The position numbers and the translations under genes are program-made. The notes beneath the pieces are model-generated. The model was not told the DNA's origin, ran no database searches, and saw only the letters and a list, made by a program, of their open reading frames with translations. This document shows positions 39,181-49,729 of a DNA stretch of 64,000 nt, one piece after another; the stretch's first letter is position 1; each line of letters begins with the position of its first letter. Source of the DNA: Spirochaetia bacterium (GTDB lineage Bacteria; Spirochaetota; Spirochaetia; SZUA-6; Bin103). Location of the stretch: the NCBI GenBank assembly GCA_965199955.1, contig CBDATQ010000002.1:1312001-1376000 (forward strand). Direction: 5' to 3'.

Positions 39181-40688
39181 GCGATCGCAAAGGCGGGCTG
39201 CCCAACCTCCTGGTCGTCATGACCGACGAGCACGCGGCACAGTTCGCCGGCACCTACGGCCATCCCTTCATCGCCACGCCGGGCATGGACCGGCTGGCGT
39301 GCGAGGGCGTCACCTTCGACGCCGCCTACTGCAACAATCCGCTGTGCGTGCCGTCGCGGCTGTCGTTCATGACCGGCCGCTACACCCATCGCTGCGGCGG
39401 TTGGGACAACTCCACGGCGCTGCCCGTGGACGCGGTCACGTGGCCCTACCTGATGCGCGCGCAGGGCTACGAGGCGGTGCTGTCCGGCAAGATGCACCTG
39501 ATCGGCCCGGACCGGCTGCACGGCTTCGAGCGCCAGCTCGCCGTCGACCTGCACGCCGATCTCGTGCATCCGGTGTACCGGTGGGCGGAAGGCATCCCCG
39601 AGGCGGCCGAGCCCTGGTCCGGAGTGACGCGCACCGGGTCGCGGGTGCCCGAGCACGGCCGTCGCTTCGGAGCGGAGATCGACGCCGATGCTCGCATGGA
39701 GCAGCCGGTGGAAACCGGCCCCGGCACGACCCCGGAGATCGAGGCGGACGACCTCGCCGTGGAGCGCGCGATCGAGTATCTGCACACTCGCGAGGGCGCC
39801 GATGCGCCGTTCGCCCTGTGCGTCGGCCTGATCGCACCGCACTACCCGTTCGTGGTGCCGGAGCCGTTCTTCTCGCAGTACTTCCCCGAGCACGCCGACC
39901 TTCCCGAGCTGCCGCCGGGCCACCTGCAGGAGCTGTCGCCGGCATCGCAACGCCTGCGCCGCGCGTTCGGTTTCCACGGGCACACCGACGACCAGGTGCG
40001 CCGCGCCCGCGCCGCCTACTACGGGCTGGTGAGCTACGCCGACAGCAAGCTCGAAGCGCTGCTCGACGTCCTGGACCGGACCGGGCTGGCCGACAACACC
40101 ATCGTCGTGCACACCAGCGACCACGGCGAGCTGCTCGGCGAGCACGGGCTCTGGCGCAAGATGTCGTTCTACGAGCAGTCGGCGCGCGTGCCGCTGCAGA
40201 TCCGCTGGCCGGGGCGTGGGGTTGCAGGGGAGAGGATCCCCGCGTGCACGTCGCTGGTCGACGTGACCGCCACGCTGGTGGACGCCGCCGGGGCGGCCGG
40301 ACCGGGGCTGGAGCTGGACGGCCGCAGCCTCGCCGGCCTAATCGACGGCTCGGCCGAGGCGATCCGCGCCTGGCCCGACGAGGCGTTCGCCGAGCACACC
40401 GCACACGGCACCGACCGGCCGCGTGCCATGCTGCGCCGCGGCCATTGGAAGCTCTGCCTGTCCGGCGGGGACGATCCCGAGGCGGAGCTCTTCGACCTGC
40501 TGCAGGATCCGGGCGAGTTCCACAACCGCGCCGGCGACCCGGAGGCAGCGGAAGTCGAGGTGGAGATGCGCGAGGCCCTGCTCGCCCGCTGGGACCCGGC
40601 CGCCGTCGACGCGCAGGTGCGCGCCCACCAGGACCGGGTCGCCCTCATCCGCTCCGCCAGCCGTCCGGGAGAACATCCGCTGTTCTGA
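39177..40688 (+). CDS. Sulfatase (choline-sulfatase-like, family S1)
   Basis: PNLLVVMTDEH, CVPSR.SFMTG, GKMH, APHYP, SDHGELLGEHG. Confidence 0.93.
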   Translation: MSDRKGGLPNLLVVMTDEHAAQFAGTYGHPFIATPGMDRLACEGVTFDAAYCNNPLCVPSRLSFMTGRYTHRCGGWDNSTALPVDAVTWPYLMRAQGYEAVLSGKMHLIGPDRLHGFERQLAVDLHADLVHPVYRWAEGIPEAAEPWSGVTRTGSRVPEHGRRFGAEIDADARMEQPVETGPGTTPEIEADDLAVERAIEYLHTREGADAPFALCVGLIAPHYPFVVPEPFFSQYFPEHADLPELPPGHLQELSPASQRLRRAFGFHGHTDDQVRRARAAYYGLVSYADSKLEALLDVLDRTGLADNTIVVHTSDHGELLGEHGLWRKMSFYEQSARVPLQIRWPGRGVAGERIPACTSLVDVTATLVDAAGAAGPGLELDGRSLAGLIDGSAEAIRAWPDEAFAEHTAHGTDRPRAMLRRGHWKLCLSGGDDPEAELFDLLQDPGEFHNRAGDPEAAEVEVEMREALLARWDPAAVDAQVRAHQDRVALIRSASRPGEHPLF

Positions 40689-40729
40689 AGCGTAGGCGCC
40701 GACCGGCTGCTCGGCGTCGGCGTTCCCGG

Positions 40730-41551
40730 TCAGCCGGCCGCGCGGTCGGGCAGGACCTTCGCCTGCTCGAACAGCTTGCGGCCGCGCTCGGAGAGCTGCT
40801 CGAACTCCCTCTCGCCGATCCGGATCGGGCGGCGGCCGGTCAGGAGCGGGGCGGCCCAGCGCAGCGAATAGCAGATCACCAGCTCCGGACGCGGGGCGTC
40901 GGAGCGGTTGGGAGTGCCGCGGTGCAGGGCGCGCGGGTCCTGCACCCACAGGGTGCCGCGCTTCATGTTGAGCCGCATGCGGTGCGGATAGGAGCCGCTC
41001 TCGAGGATGTCGTTGTAGTCGCCTTCCACGTGCGGGTCGGCCAGGTACTGAGTCGAGGGCAGGACCTCGAAGCTGCCGTTCTCGACGCTGGTGTCGACCA
41101 GCGGGAACTTGACCCCCAGGTGGGGCACCCGCGCCATCGCCACGTGCGTGGCCATGAGCGGGATGTCGCGGTGCCAGTTCTGGTGGACGGAGCCGGGGTA
41201 CGGGGTGTTGGAGTGCAGGCAGGACACCAGGAAGTCGTCGGTCTCCCAGTACGCCTCCAGCAGCGCCAGCAGGGTGGGGTGCTCGGCGATCTCCGGGCAG
41301 GCCAGTCCGCCCTCCCACGGCCAGTGCAGGGTGTAGCGGCTGGGGTGCTGCAGGTGCCCGCAGCCGACGCGGATATCGCCACGCTCGTCGAGGCCGAGTT
41401 CATGGTCGCGGTCCCGCACGTGCTCCAGCAGCGGCAGGAACGAGGCGTGAACGCGCTCGATGGTGGGGACGGGGATGGCGTCCTCCATCAGCGCGAACCC
41501 GTTGATGTACAGCTCGTTGCGCAGTTGCGTCACCCGGTCCACGGCACACAC
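40730..41551 (-). CDS. PhyH-family dioxygenase
   Basis: QNWHRD, NGSFEVLPST, DPRALHRGTPN. Confidence 0.88.
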   Translation of the reverse strand: MCAVDRVTQLRNELYINGFALMEDAIPVPTIERVHASFLPLLEHVRDRDHELGLDERGDIRVGCGHLQHPSRYTLHWPWEGGLACPEIAEHPTLLALLEAYWETDDFLVSCLHSNTPYPGSVHQNWHRDIPLMATHVAMARVPHLGVKFPLVDTSVENGSFEVLPSTQYLADPHVEGDYNDILESGSYPHRMRLNMKRGTLWVQDPRALHRGTPNRSDAPRPELVICYSLRWAAPLLTGRRPIRIGEREFEQLSERGRKLFEQAKVLPDRAAG

Positions 41552-41553
41552 CG

Positions 41554-42358
41554 TCAGGCGGCCGTGCGCTCTGGCAGGATGGTCGCCCGCTCGAACAGCT
41601 TGCGGCCGCGCTCGGAGAGCTCGTCGAACTCGCGGGCGCCCACCCAGAGCGGGCGGGTCATGAGCGACGAGACCCGGCGCAGCGTGTAGCAGATCACCAG
41701 TTCCGGCCGCGGGCTATCGGACCCGTTCGGGGTGCCGCGGTGCAGGGCGCGCGGGTCCTGCACCCACAGGGTGCCGCGTTTCATGTTGAGCCGCATGCGG
41801 TGCGGGTAGGAGCCGCTCTCCAGGATGTCGTTGTAGTTGTCTTCCCGGTCAGGATCGGCCAGGAGCTGGGTCGACGGCAGGACCTCGAAACTGCCGTTCT
41901 CGACGTTGGTGTCGACCAGCGGAAACTTGACCCCGAAGTGCGGCACCCGCTCCTCGGCCACGTGCGGGGTCATGAGCTTGGCGTCGCGGTGCCAGTTCTG
42001 GTGAATGGACCCGGGGTACGGGGTGTTGGAGTGCAGGCAGGTGACCACGAAGTCGTCGGTTTCCCAGTACGCCTCCAGCAGCCCCAGCAGGGTGGGGTGC
42101 TCGGCGATCTCGGGACAGGCCAAGCTACCCTCCCACGGCCACTGCATGGTGTAGCGGTTGGGGTGTTGCAGGCGCCCGCAGCCGACACGGATGTCGCCCC
42201 GTTCGTCATGGCCGAGCTCATGCTCGCGGTGGGACGTGCTCCAGCATCGGCAGGAACTCCGCGTGGATGCGCTCGATGGTGGGGATGGGGATGGCGTCCT
42301 CCATCACCGCGAACCCGTTGATGTACAGCTCGTCGAGCAGTTGCGTGACCTGGTCCAT
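41554..42358 (-). pseudogene. PhyH-family dioxygenase, tandem paralog, frameshift near 42230
   Basis: Highly similar to 40730-41551 at DNA level; MDQVTQLLDELYING start is out of frame with the rest. Confidence 0.85.
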
Positions 42359-42439
42359 GCTCACTCCCGCGCGGAGGGTATCACGCCGATTCGGTCGGTG
42401 CGGGCGGACTCTCCGCCGGCGCCGCGGGTGTCTTCGGTG

Positions 42440-42790
42440 TTGGCTCGAACGGGTCGAGCACGCTTACCCCCAGGGTGCGGAAGTCACCTGCGTTGCGCGT
42501 GACGACGGTCAACCCGTGCACCTCGGCCGTCGCCGCGATCATGACGTCCTCGATCAACGTGTCCGACTGCCGGTGCTTGAGGCGCGCCCATGCCCTGAAC
42601 GCGGCCGCGTCCAGGATGCTGTGCCCTCGTCCCTAATCGAACTCGGGGGAGGCGCGGTGGCGGTGAGTCGGGCGCGGCGGTGTCAGCGCATCCGTGCGCG
42701 CTTCGGGGGCGAGGAGCAACTCCTTGATGTCGGGCTTCGCCTGCCTCTCCAAGCGCCGCCACTGATCGATCGGCACCAGGACGGACTAGT
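42440..42790 (-). pseudogene. Remnants of a Phd/YefM antitoxin and VapC PIN toxin
   Basis: VLVPIDQWRRLE...PDIKELLLA; and D.MIAATAEVHGLTVVTRN.GDF. Confidence 0.75.
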
Positions 42791-42854
42791 TGCATATCGC
42801 TCGTGTGTAAGCCCCTCTCGGTGGGTGCTGCGCGCCGCGCTATCATCCGCGATC

Positions 42855-43400
42855 ATGCACGTGGTGTTGGTGGGGTACCGGGCTGCCGGCAAGACCACGG
42901 CCGGACGGCTGGTGGCCGCGCGCCTCGGATGGGAGTACCTGGACGTGGACCGCGGCATCGAGGCGCATTGCGGGCTCACCATCGCCGAGATCTTCGGAGG
43001 GCACGGCGAGCCCTATTACCGCGACGTGGAGAGCTCGGTGGTGGCCGAGATGTGCGCGCACGACGACGCGGTGGTCACCTTCGGCGGCGGCACCCTGATG
43101 CGTCCTGTCAACCAGGAGCATGCACGCCGCGACGGCCTGGTGGTCTACCTGGAGGCGGACGCCGGGGAGCTGTGGCGGCGGATCGAGGCGGACCCGGCCA
43201 GCGCCGCCACCCGCCCGAACCTGGCCGGCGGCGGCCTGCAGGAGGTGGTCACGATGCTGGCGCAGCGTGCGCCCGTGTACCGCGCCAACGCCGACCTCAC
43301 CCTGGACGCCACCCTGCCGCCGGAGGAGCTGGCCGACCTCATCATCGGCGCCGTGCGGGATCGGCAGCGCGCCGGGGGGCGCCGGGGCGAACTCGCTTAG
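42855..43400 (+). CDS. aroK: Shikimate kinase
   Basis: GYRAAGKTT, DVD..IE, IF...GE..YR..E, FGGG, TRPNL, R.PVY. Confidence 0.9.
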   Translation: MHVVLVGYRAAGKTTAGRLVAARLGWEYLDVDRGIEAHCGLTIAEIFGGHGEPYYRDVESSVVAEMCAHDDAVVTFGGGTLMRPVNQEHARRDGLVVYLEADAGELWRRIEADPASAATRPNLAGGGLQEVVTMLAQRAPVYRANADLTLDATLPPEELADLIIGAVRDRQRAGGRRGELA

Positions 43401-43501
43401 CGCCCCGAAACCGTCGCCTACGGCTCCGCTTTCGGCCCATCCCCACCTTTCGGGTCGGAGTCTGTCGGCCTTCCCGATAGCGCGGCGAATCCGACAGACT
43501 C
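43401..43501 (+). repeat. Dispersed structured repeat, copy E (between convergent genes)
   Basis: cgccccgaaaccgtcgcctacggctccgctttcggcccatccccaccttt then hairpin gagtctgtcgg/ccgacagactc. Confidence 0.75.
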
Positions 43502-44296
43502 TCATACTATGTCGGCCTCGAACGCCTCGACCTCGGCGAAGCGGGTGGTGCCGCGCAGCAGGCGGCCTAGGCGGGGCACGCCGCCGTTGTAGACCTCCAC
43601 CGCGTCGGCGTCGGCGAAGCGCAGGAACAGGATGCGGCGGTGGGTGGCGGACCGGTTGCCTTCCGACTTGTGCAGCATCCAGCAGTGGAAACAGATGGCC
43701 TCGCCCGCCTTCATCGCCACCGGCACGGCGCGACTCTCGTCCGCCTCCAGCTTGATCGGCAGCAGGGCCGCCTTCTCCTCCGGGTTCTGCGGGTCGGCCT
43801 GTCCCTGGCGGTGGCTGCCGGGGATCAGCCACAGGCAGCCGTTCTCGACGTCCGCGTCGTCGAGCGCGGTCAGGCAGGTCACCGCCGTGTACGGGTCCAG
43901 CTCGCCGTAGGCGTTGTCCTGGTGCCAGTGAAACGGCATCGTGTTGCCGCGCATCTTGAAGGTGAGCTGCGAGGTGGCGCCCTTCACATTCGGGCCGATG
44001 ATCTGGCCGGCGATGTCCACTGGGGGACCGTGGAAGTAGTAGCGGCGGACCGTCTCCGAACGGTGATGGATGTCGCTCAGAAGGGAATTCGCAAGCCACG
44101 TGGCGTCCGGGTCGAACGGCCCCTTCTCTGCCTCCCAGGCGGTCATCGCCTCGGCCTGCATCCGTTCCAGCCCCTGGTCGGTCAGGGTGCGCCCCAGGCG
44201 CAAGAACCCGTCCCGGTCGAAGGTGTCGAGGTCCTCGCCGGTGAGCGTTCGATAGTTGAACAGCTCGGGGTGCCGCTCCGGGATCAGCCTCGCCAT
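43502..44296 (-). CDS. PhyH-family dioxygenase
   Basis: FHWHQDN, ALDDADVENGCL..IPGSH, LHKS.GN.S. Confidence 0.9.
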   Translation of the reverse strand: MARLIPERHPELFNYRTLTGEDLDTFDRDGFLRLGRTLTDQGLERMQAEAMTAWEAEKGPFDPDATWLANSLLSDIHHRSETVRRYYFHGPPVDIAGQIIGPNVKGATSQLTFKMRGNTMPFHWHQDNAYGELDPYTAVTCLTALDDADVENGCLWLIPGSHRQGQADPQNPEEKAALLPIKLEADESRAVPVAMKAGEAICFHCWMLHKSEGNRSATHRRILFLRFADADAVEVYNGGVPRLGRLLRGTTRFAEVEAFEADIV

Positions 44297-44336
44297 GTCT
44301 CGCGCCTCCGTTCCGTGGAGTATACCCTCAGCCCGC

Positions 44337-45136
44337 ATGGAGACGGTGGAGATCGGGATCGAGTCGCCGCGGGCGCTCGTCGGGCAGCGCATCACCGGGG
44401 AGGGGTGCCGGTGGGCGTGGCGGAGCCGGAAGGCATGGCGCCCGGCGGCTCGAGCTGTACGACGCGCACCGTGCTGGAGCTGGACGACGGATCGCTGCTG
44501 CTGGGCGTCGGCTCGACCGGCACCCCGTATCTCTGGCGCAGCCGCGACGGCGGCGCGACCTGGCCGGAGCGGCACCCGGCGGTGATCGAGGAGCTCGGCC
44601 GCGACTACCCGTTTCCGTTCCTGGGCGAGGCGGTCTGGTGGCAGGCGCCGTCGGGCCGCATCCTGGTCCTGGCCCGGCTCGATTCTGCGCATGCGGGGCG
44701 GTTCGCGGTCGAGGTCGACGACCCGGAGTTCGGCCGCTCGGACAACGTGGACCGGTTGATCCTCTACGGCTCGGACGACCGGGGGCGCACGTTCCGGCCG
44801 CTTGAAGCTTTCGGAAGACCAGGCGAGATGTACCCGGCGATCCTCAGGCTCGCCGACGGGCGGCTGCTGCTCACCTTCACTGTGCGGGCGCTGCACCGGC
44901 CGCTCGGCGTGCGCGCCGTGGTGGGCCGGGAGACGCACGACGGCTTCGCGTTCGGTCTCCGCAACGACCGCCTGATGCTGGACGTCCAGACCGCGCCCGG
45001 CGTCTACTCCGGCGGCGGCTTCGGCCGCACGGTGCAGTTGGACGACGGCATGCTGGTCACCAGCTTCTCGTGGCGCGACGCGGAGTTCGTCGTGCACAGC
45101 GAGGTGGTCCGCTGGCGGCTGCCGCCGGCCGGCTGA
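44337..45136 (+). pseudogene. BNR/sialidase-like protein, frameshifted or internally deleted near 44405
   Basis: SRDGGATW and SDDRGRTF boxes; start METVEIG is out of frame. Confidence 0.7.
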
Positions 45137-45146
45137 CCCGCTCGGC

Positions 45147-46490
45147 TCAGGCCAGCAACTCGTCGATCACCGCGCCGACGACGCCCACCGCTTCTTCCAG
45201 CGCCTCGGCGTCGATCACCAGCGGCGGCGCGATCCGGTAGAAGCCGCCGCCGGTGATGAAGCTCATCAGGCCGCGCCGCACGCACTCCATGGCGACCTGG
45301 TCGCCCAGCTCGAACGCCTGCTCGCCCGAGTCGGGGTCGCGGAAGTGGATGGCGTGCCACAGGCCGCGGCCGTCGATTTGCCTGATCCGGTCGGGGTGTC
45401 GCTCGCGGATCGGCCGCAGCCACGCCGCCAGCCGCTCCCCGAGGTCGGCTGACCGCCGCACCAGGTCCTCGTCCTCGAACACGTCCAGGTTGGCCAGGGC
45501 GGCGGCCATGCAGACCGGGTTGCCGCCGTGGGTGCTGGACATCTCGCCCGGCGGGGCCAGGTCCAGGATGTGCGCACGCCCCTTGACCACCGACACCGGC
45601 AGGCTGGAGCTCACCCCCTTGCCCATGGCGATCAGGTCGGGGGTGATGCCGTAGTGCTCGTGGGCGAACAGCCGCCCGGTGCGGCCCCAGCCGACCTGGA
45701 CCTCGTCGACCGCCACCAGCACCGAGTGCTCGGCAGCCCACGCCATCAGCTCGTCGACGTAATCCTGGGGATAGGGGGTGGTGGTCATGCTCGCCATCGA
45801 CTCGAAGATGATGCCGGCGGTCTTGGCCGGGTCCACTTCGTGCTCGGACAGGTCGGCATGGAATCCTTGCGACGCCGGGCCCCCGGGCATCGGAAGCTGG
45901 GTCTGGTACACCCGGTCGCGCTGGATGGCGTCGATCGTCCCCGGCTGCCCGCCGGCGAATCGGGCCCCCAGGGTACGGCCGAAGAAGGTGCCTGAGAACG
46001 ACAGGATGCCGACCTTTGCGGGCGAGATCGACAGGCCGTGCCGGCGCATCAGGGTCAAACAGCACTCGTTGGCCTCGGTGCCGGAACAGAAGGCGATCGC
46101 CTTGTCGAGCTCGCGCGGCGGCAGGGCGGCCACCCGCTCGATCAGGCGTGAGCGGACATCCGACGGAAACGCATAGGTGAACAGCAGTTCCCGGTCGAGC
46201 TGCTCGTGCACGGCCTTGACGATGCGCGGGTGGGCGTGGCCGGCGTTGGCCGCGGCGGCGCCCGAGGTCAGGTCGATGAAGCGGTTGCCGTACGGGTCCT
46301 CGACCTGGAAGCCGCGCGCCCGCTGCCAGATGACCGGCGGCAACCCGGCCATGGACCGCGGCTCCGCGGCGCGCAGCCGCTCGATCGCGGGAATCGAGTC
46401 CGGCACGGGAATCGGCGTCGCAATCCGCCGGAACCGGGTGTCGACCGGATCGGTCGGTACGGGCGTAAGAGCGCTGACCTGCATTGCCAT
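45147..46490 (-). CDS. Class III PLP-dependent aminotransferase
   Basis: GNRFID, GHAHP, SGTEANE, DEVQ.G.GRTG, MGKG, STHGGNP. Confidence 0.92.
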   Translation of the reverse strand: MAMQVSALTPVPTDPVDTRFRRIATPIPVPDSIPAIERLRAAEPRSMAGLPPVIWQRARGFQVEDPYGNRFIDLTSGAAAANAGHAHPRIVKAVHEQLDRELLFTYAFPSDVRSRLIERVAALPPRELDKAIAFCSGTEANECCLTLMRRHGLSISPAKVGILSFSGTFFGRTLGARFAGGQPGTIDAIQRDRVYQTQLPMPGGPASQGFHADLSEHEVDPAKTAGIIFESMASMTTTPYPQDYVDELMAWAAEHSVLVAVDEVQVGWGRTGRLFAHEHYGITPDLIAMGKGVSSSLPVSVVKGRAHILDLAPPGEMSSTHGGNPVCMAAALANLDVFEDEDLVRRSADLGERLAAWLRPIRERHPDRIRQIDGRGLWHAIHFRDPDSGEQAFELGDQVAMECVRRGLMSFITGGGFYRIAPPLVIDAEALEEAVGVVGAVIDELLA

Positions 46491-46615
46491 GGGTCGTCCT
46501 CCGCAAGGTCTGACATCGCATCCATCGGCCGGGCCGGCGGCGGTGCCACATCGACGCGTGTCCCGCTCAATCTACCGTATACTCGATCTACCGAACACCG
46601 TGCCGAGGTGCCCGC

Positions 46616-48373
46616 ATGCCATCCACCTATCCGCAGATTCCCTACGGCTGGGCCGACTTCGAGGCGATACGGACCGAGCGCTGCCTGTACGTCGACAAGA
46701 CGCGCTTTCTGCACGAGCTGGAGAGCGAGCGCTACGCCTTTCTGATCCGTCCGCGCCGATTCGGCAAGTCGTGCTGGGTGTCGCTGCTGGAGAGCTACTA
46801 CGACCGCAACCGCGCCGATCGGTTCGAGACGCTGTTCGCCGGCACCGACATCGCGCGGCGGCCGACGCCGAACCGACACCGCTACGTCATCCTGCGCTTC
46901 GACTTCTCGGCGTTCGACGACACCCTGGAGACCCTGCGGGAACGGTTCGAGACCTACTGCCTCATCAAGCTGCGCGGCGCGCTGGAGCGGAACCGGGATC
47001 TGTTCCCGGAACCGGCGATCGACGGGATCCTCGCCCATCCCTCGATCGACGGCAAGCTGAACCAACTGTTCGAGTACGCCGGAGAGCACGCCATCCCGCT
47101 GTACGTGTTGATCGACGAGTACGACAACTTCGCCAACACCATACTCGCGTATCGCGGGGCGGAGGCATATCACTCCTTCACCCACGGCGGCGGCTTCTAC
47201 CGCACCTTTTTCGCCACCTTGAAGAGCGGCGCCGGCCAGGGCGGCGGCATCGAGCGGCTGTTCATCACCGGCGTGTCGCCGATCACCATGGACGACGTGA
47301 CCTCTGGCTTCAACATCGGGACGAACGTCAGCCTGCATCGGAGATTCAACGAGGTGCTCGGCTTCACCGAGGCGGAAGTGCGCGGCATTCTGCACACCTA
47401 CCGGGACCACGGCGTGCTCGACCAGGACGTGGACGAGGCCATGGCAGTGATGGGCGAGTGGTACAATGGCTACCGCTTCGCCAAGGATGCGCCAAACGCT
47501 CTCTACAACACCGACATGGTGCTCTACTACGTGAAGTGGTCGATTCCGAACGAAGCGCCGCCGGACGACCTGATCGACACCAACGTGCGCATCGACTACG
47601 GCAAGCTGCGTCATCTGCTGGTGACCGGCCGGCGTCTCAACGGCAACTTCGACCTGCTCCGGCACGTCATCGCGGAAGGCCGGGCCGAATCCCCGATCCA
47701 GGCCGGCTTTCCTTTGTCACGCCTCACCCGGCGGGAGAACTTCCTGTCACTGATGCACTACTTCGGACTCCTGAGCATCCGCGGCATGGCGCGGGGGATG
47801 CCGCGCCTGGGCATCCCCAACCAGACCGTGAAGCGGCTGGTGTACGGCTACCTGCGCGATGCCTGGGACGACATGGGCGTGTTCTCGGTGGATTTCTATG
47901 ACCTGCTCCGGCTGACCGGCGACATGGCCTACGAGGGCGCATGGCGGCCGGTGGTCGAGTATCTGAGCGGCGCCGTGGCTCGGCAGACGGGGATTCGCGA
48001 CTACATCGACGGCGAGAAGGTGGTGCAGGCATTCTTCGCCGCGTACCTCGGGTTGACGGACCACTTCGTGCTGCATTCCGAGCAGGAGTTGAACAAGGGG
48101 TACGCGGATCTGTACCTGGAGCCGTTCACGGCCCGCCACCCGGACATCGGCTACGGCTACGTGATCGAGTTCAAGTACGTGAAGCGGGGCGAGAAGCTGG
48201 ACGAATCGCGGACGATGGCGTCCGCGCAGGAGTCCATGGACCAACTGCGAGGGTACCTGGCAGACGAAGGACTGAGACGAAGCGCGGGCGTCCGGCACCT
48301 GGGGCTGTCGGTGGTGTTCCATGGCTGGGAATTGGTGTGGTGTGATGCGGTGGAACCGCCCCGATCGGACTGA
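46616..48373 (+). CDS. AAA-ATPase-like protein with C-terminal PD-(D/E)XK nuclease
   Basis: YVDKT, RPRRFGKS, LIDEYD, ITGVSP, WYNGY, GYADL..IEFK. Confidence 0.92.
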   Translation: MPSTYPQIPYGWADFEAIRTERCLYVDKTRFLHELESERYAFLIRPRRFGKSCWVSLLESYYDRNRADRFETLFAGTDIARRPTPNRHRYVILRFDFSAFDDTLETLRERFETYCLIKLRGALERNRDLFPEPAIDGILAHPSIDGKLNQLFEYAGEHAIPLYVLIDEYDNFANTILAYRGAEAYHSFTHGGGFYRTFFATLKSGAGQGGGIERLFITGVSPITMDDVTSGFNIGTNVSLHRRFNEVLGFTEAEVRGILHTYRDHGVLDQDVDEAMAVMGEWYNGYRFAKDAPNALYNTDMVLYYVKWSIPNEAPPDDLIDTNVRIDYGKLRHLLVTGRRLNGNFDLLRHVIAEGRAESPIQAGFPLSRLTRRENFLSLMHYFGLLSIRGMARGMPRLGIPNQTVKRLVYGYLRDAWDDMGVFSVDFYDLLRLTGDMAYEGAWRPVVEYLSGAVARQTGIRDYIDGEKVVQAFFAAYLGLTDHFVLHSEQELNKGYADLYLEPFTARHPDIGYGYVIEFKYVKRGEKLDESRTMASAQESMDQLRGYLADEGLRRSAGVRHLGLSVVFHGWELVWCDAVEPPRSD

Positions 48374-48412
48374 CGACCGTACGCGGAGCCCGATGCGACG
48401 ATTTCCGGGGCG

Positions 48413-49378
48413 ATGCAGCGCGACTGGGTGACCGAGGGGTTCGAGGCCTTCCGCGCCGGCACTTTCGGCTCCGGCGGGCAGAACCTGTATGTGTCACGCG
48501 CGGGCTTGCTGCAGCGCATCCACCAGTTCGACGTGGGCGGGGACGGCCACCTGGACCTGCTGTTCTGCAACAGCCAGGACCACTGGGAGCGGCCGCCGGC
48601 CTACGTACTCGACGGGCGTGACGGCTACGCATGATCGGAGTTGCCGGCCGGCGACTTCGACGGCGACGGCCGCCCGGACCTGGCGTTCGCGTGCACGACG
48701 GAGCAGGGCGCCGGTCGCGTGCGCGTCTTCCGTCAGACCGAGCTGGGATTCGAGCCGAAGCGGTTCGCCGACACCGGCATCCGCGCCGTGCAGCTCTGCG
48801 CCGCCGACCTGGACGGCGACGGCGCGGTCGACGTGGTCGTGGCGTGCAAGGGTGAGACGCGGGAAGCGTCATTGGTGTTCTGGGCGCGCCCCGGCGGCGG
48901 GTTCGAGGCGGAGCCGGCGGTGCTCGCCTCGAGCGGCGCGTGCGACGTGGCGATCGCGGACCTGGACGGCGACGGGCGGCCCGAGGTGGTGATCTGCCAG
49001 CACAAGAGCGACGCGTCCTTCACCACCGAGTCGCTGGTGTACGCGTGCAGCGCGGGGCGGCGCTTCGGTCCCGCGCGGCCCCTGGTCAGCCATGACGCCC
49101 GCCGCTGCCTGGTGGGGCGGCCCGACGGAGGGCATCCTCGCCTGGTCCTGATCAACCACTTCGCTCGCACCAGCCGGGACGACGTGCCGATCTACGTGTA
49201 CCGGGGCGGGGGCGGGGACGAGGGCTACGCGTCCGAGCGGCGCCTGGAGGTCGTGGCGTCGGGCGCGCCGTGCTCGGCAAGACCACGCCGCGCGTGCACC
49301 GCGTCACCCTCCTCTACGACGTTGGCTGACTGCGAGGGACACCGGGCGCAGCCGGGAGCGCGAGCGTGTACAGCCTGA
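48413..49378 (+). pseudogene. FG-GAP/VCBS repeat protein remnant
   Basis: YVSRAG.LQRI.QFD..GDG.LDL, then DxDGDG repeats in another frame. Confidence 0.75.
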
Positions 49379-49404
49379 TCTGCGGATGTCGTTGTGCAAG
49401 GTGC

Positions 49405-49434
49405 TTGCGCGTGCAACACGTCGTGTAGCATAAT
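49405..49434 (+). promoter_or_regulatory. Putative higBA promoter with overlapping palindromic operator
   Basis: TTGCGC-18nt-CATAAT flanking tgcaacacg-t-cgtgtagca. Confidence 0.55.
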
Positions 49435-49444
49435 CTGGATCCAT

Positions 49445-49717
49445 TTGAGAGTCGCGCACAAGGGGCTACGCAGGTTGTTCGAGCGCGACGACACCCGCCT
49501 GCTGAATCCCGACCATGTCGGGCGGATTCGCCGGGTGCTGTCCGACCTTGAATTCGCACGACGGCCGCAGGACCTGGACTGGCCGGGATACCGGTTGCAT
49601 GCACTCGGTGGCGATCTGCGTGGCTACTGGGCGGTGCGAATCTCAGGCAACTGGCGGATCGTCTTTCGCTTCGCGGACGGCGAGGCCGTAGACGTGGATC
49701 TCGTCGACTACCATTAG
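49445..49717 (+). CDS. higB: HigB/RelE-family toxin
   Basis: HKGLRRLFE, PGYRLH.L.GD..GYWAVRISGNWRIVFRF, LVDYH; start uncertain (TTG). Confidence 0.88.
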   Translation: MRVAHKGLRRLFERDDTRLLNPDHVGRIRRVLSDLEFARRPQDLDWPGYRLHALGGDLRGYWAVRISGNWRIVFRFADGEAVDVDLVDYH

Positions 49718-49729
49718 TGAGGAGCCAAC

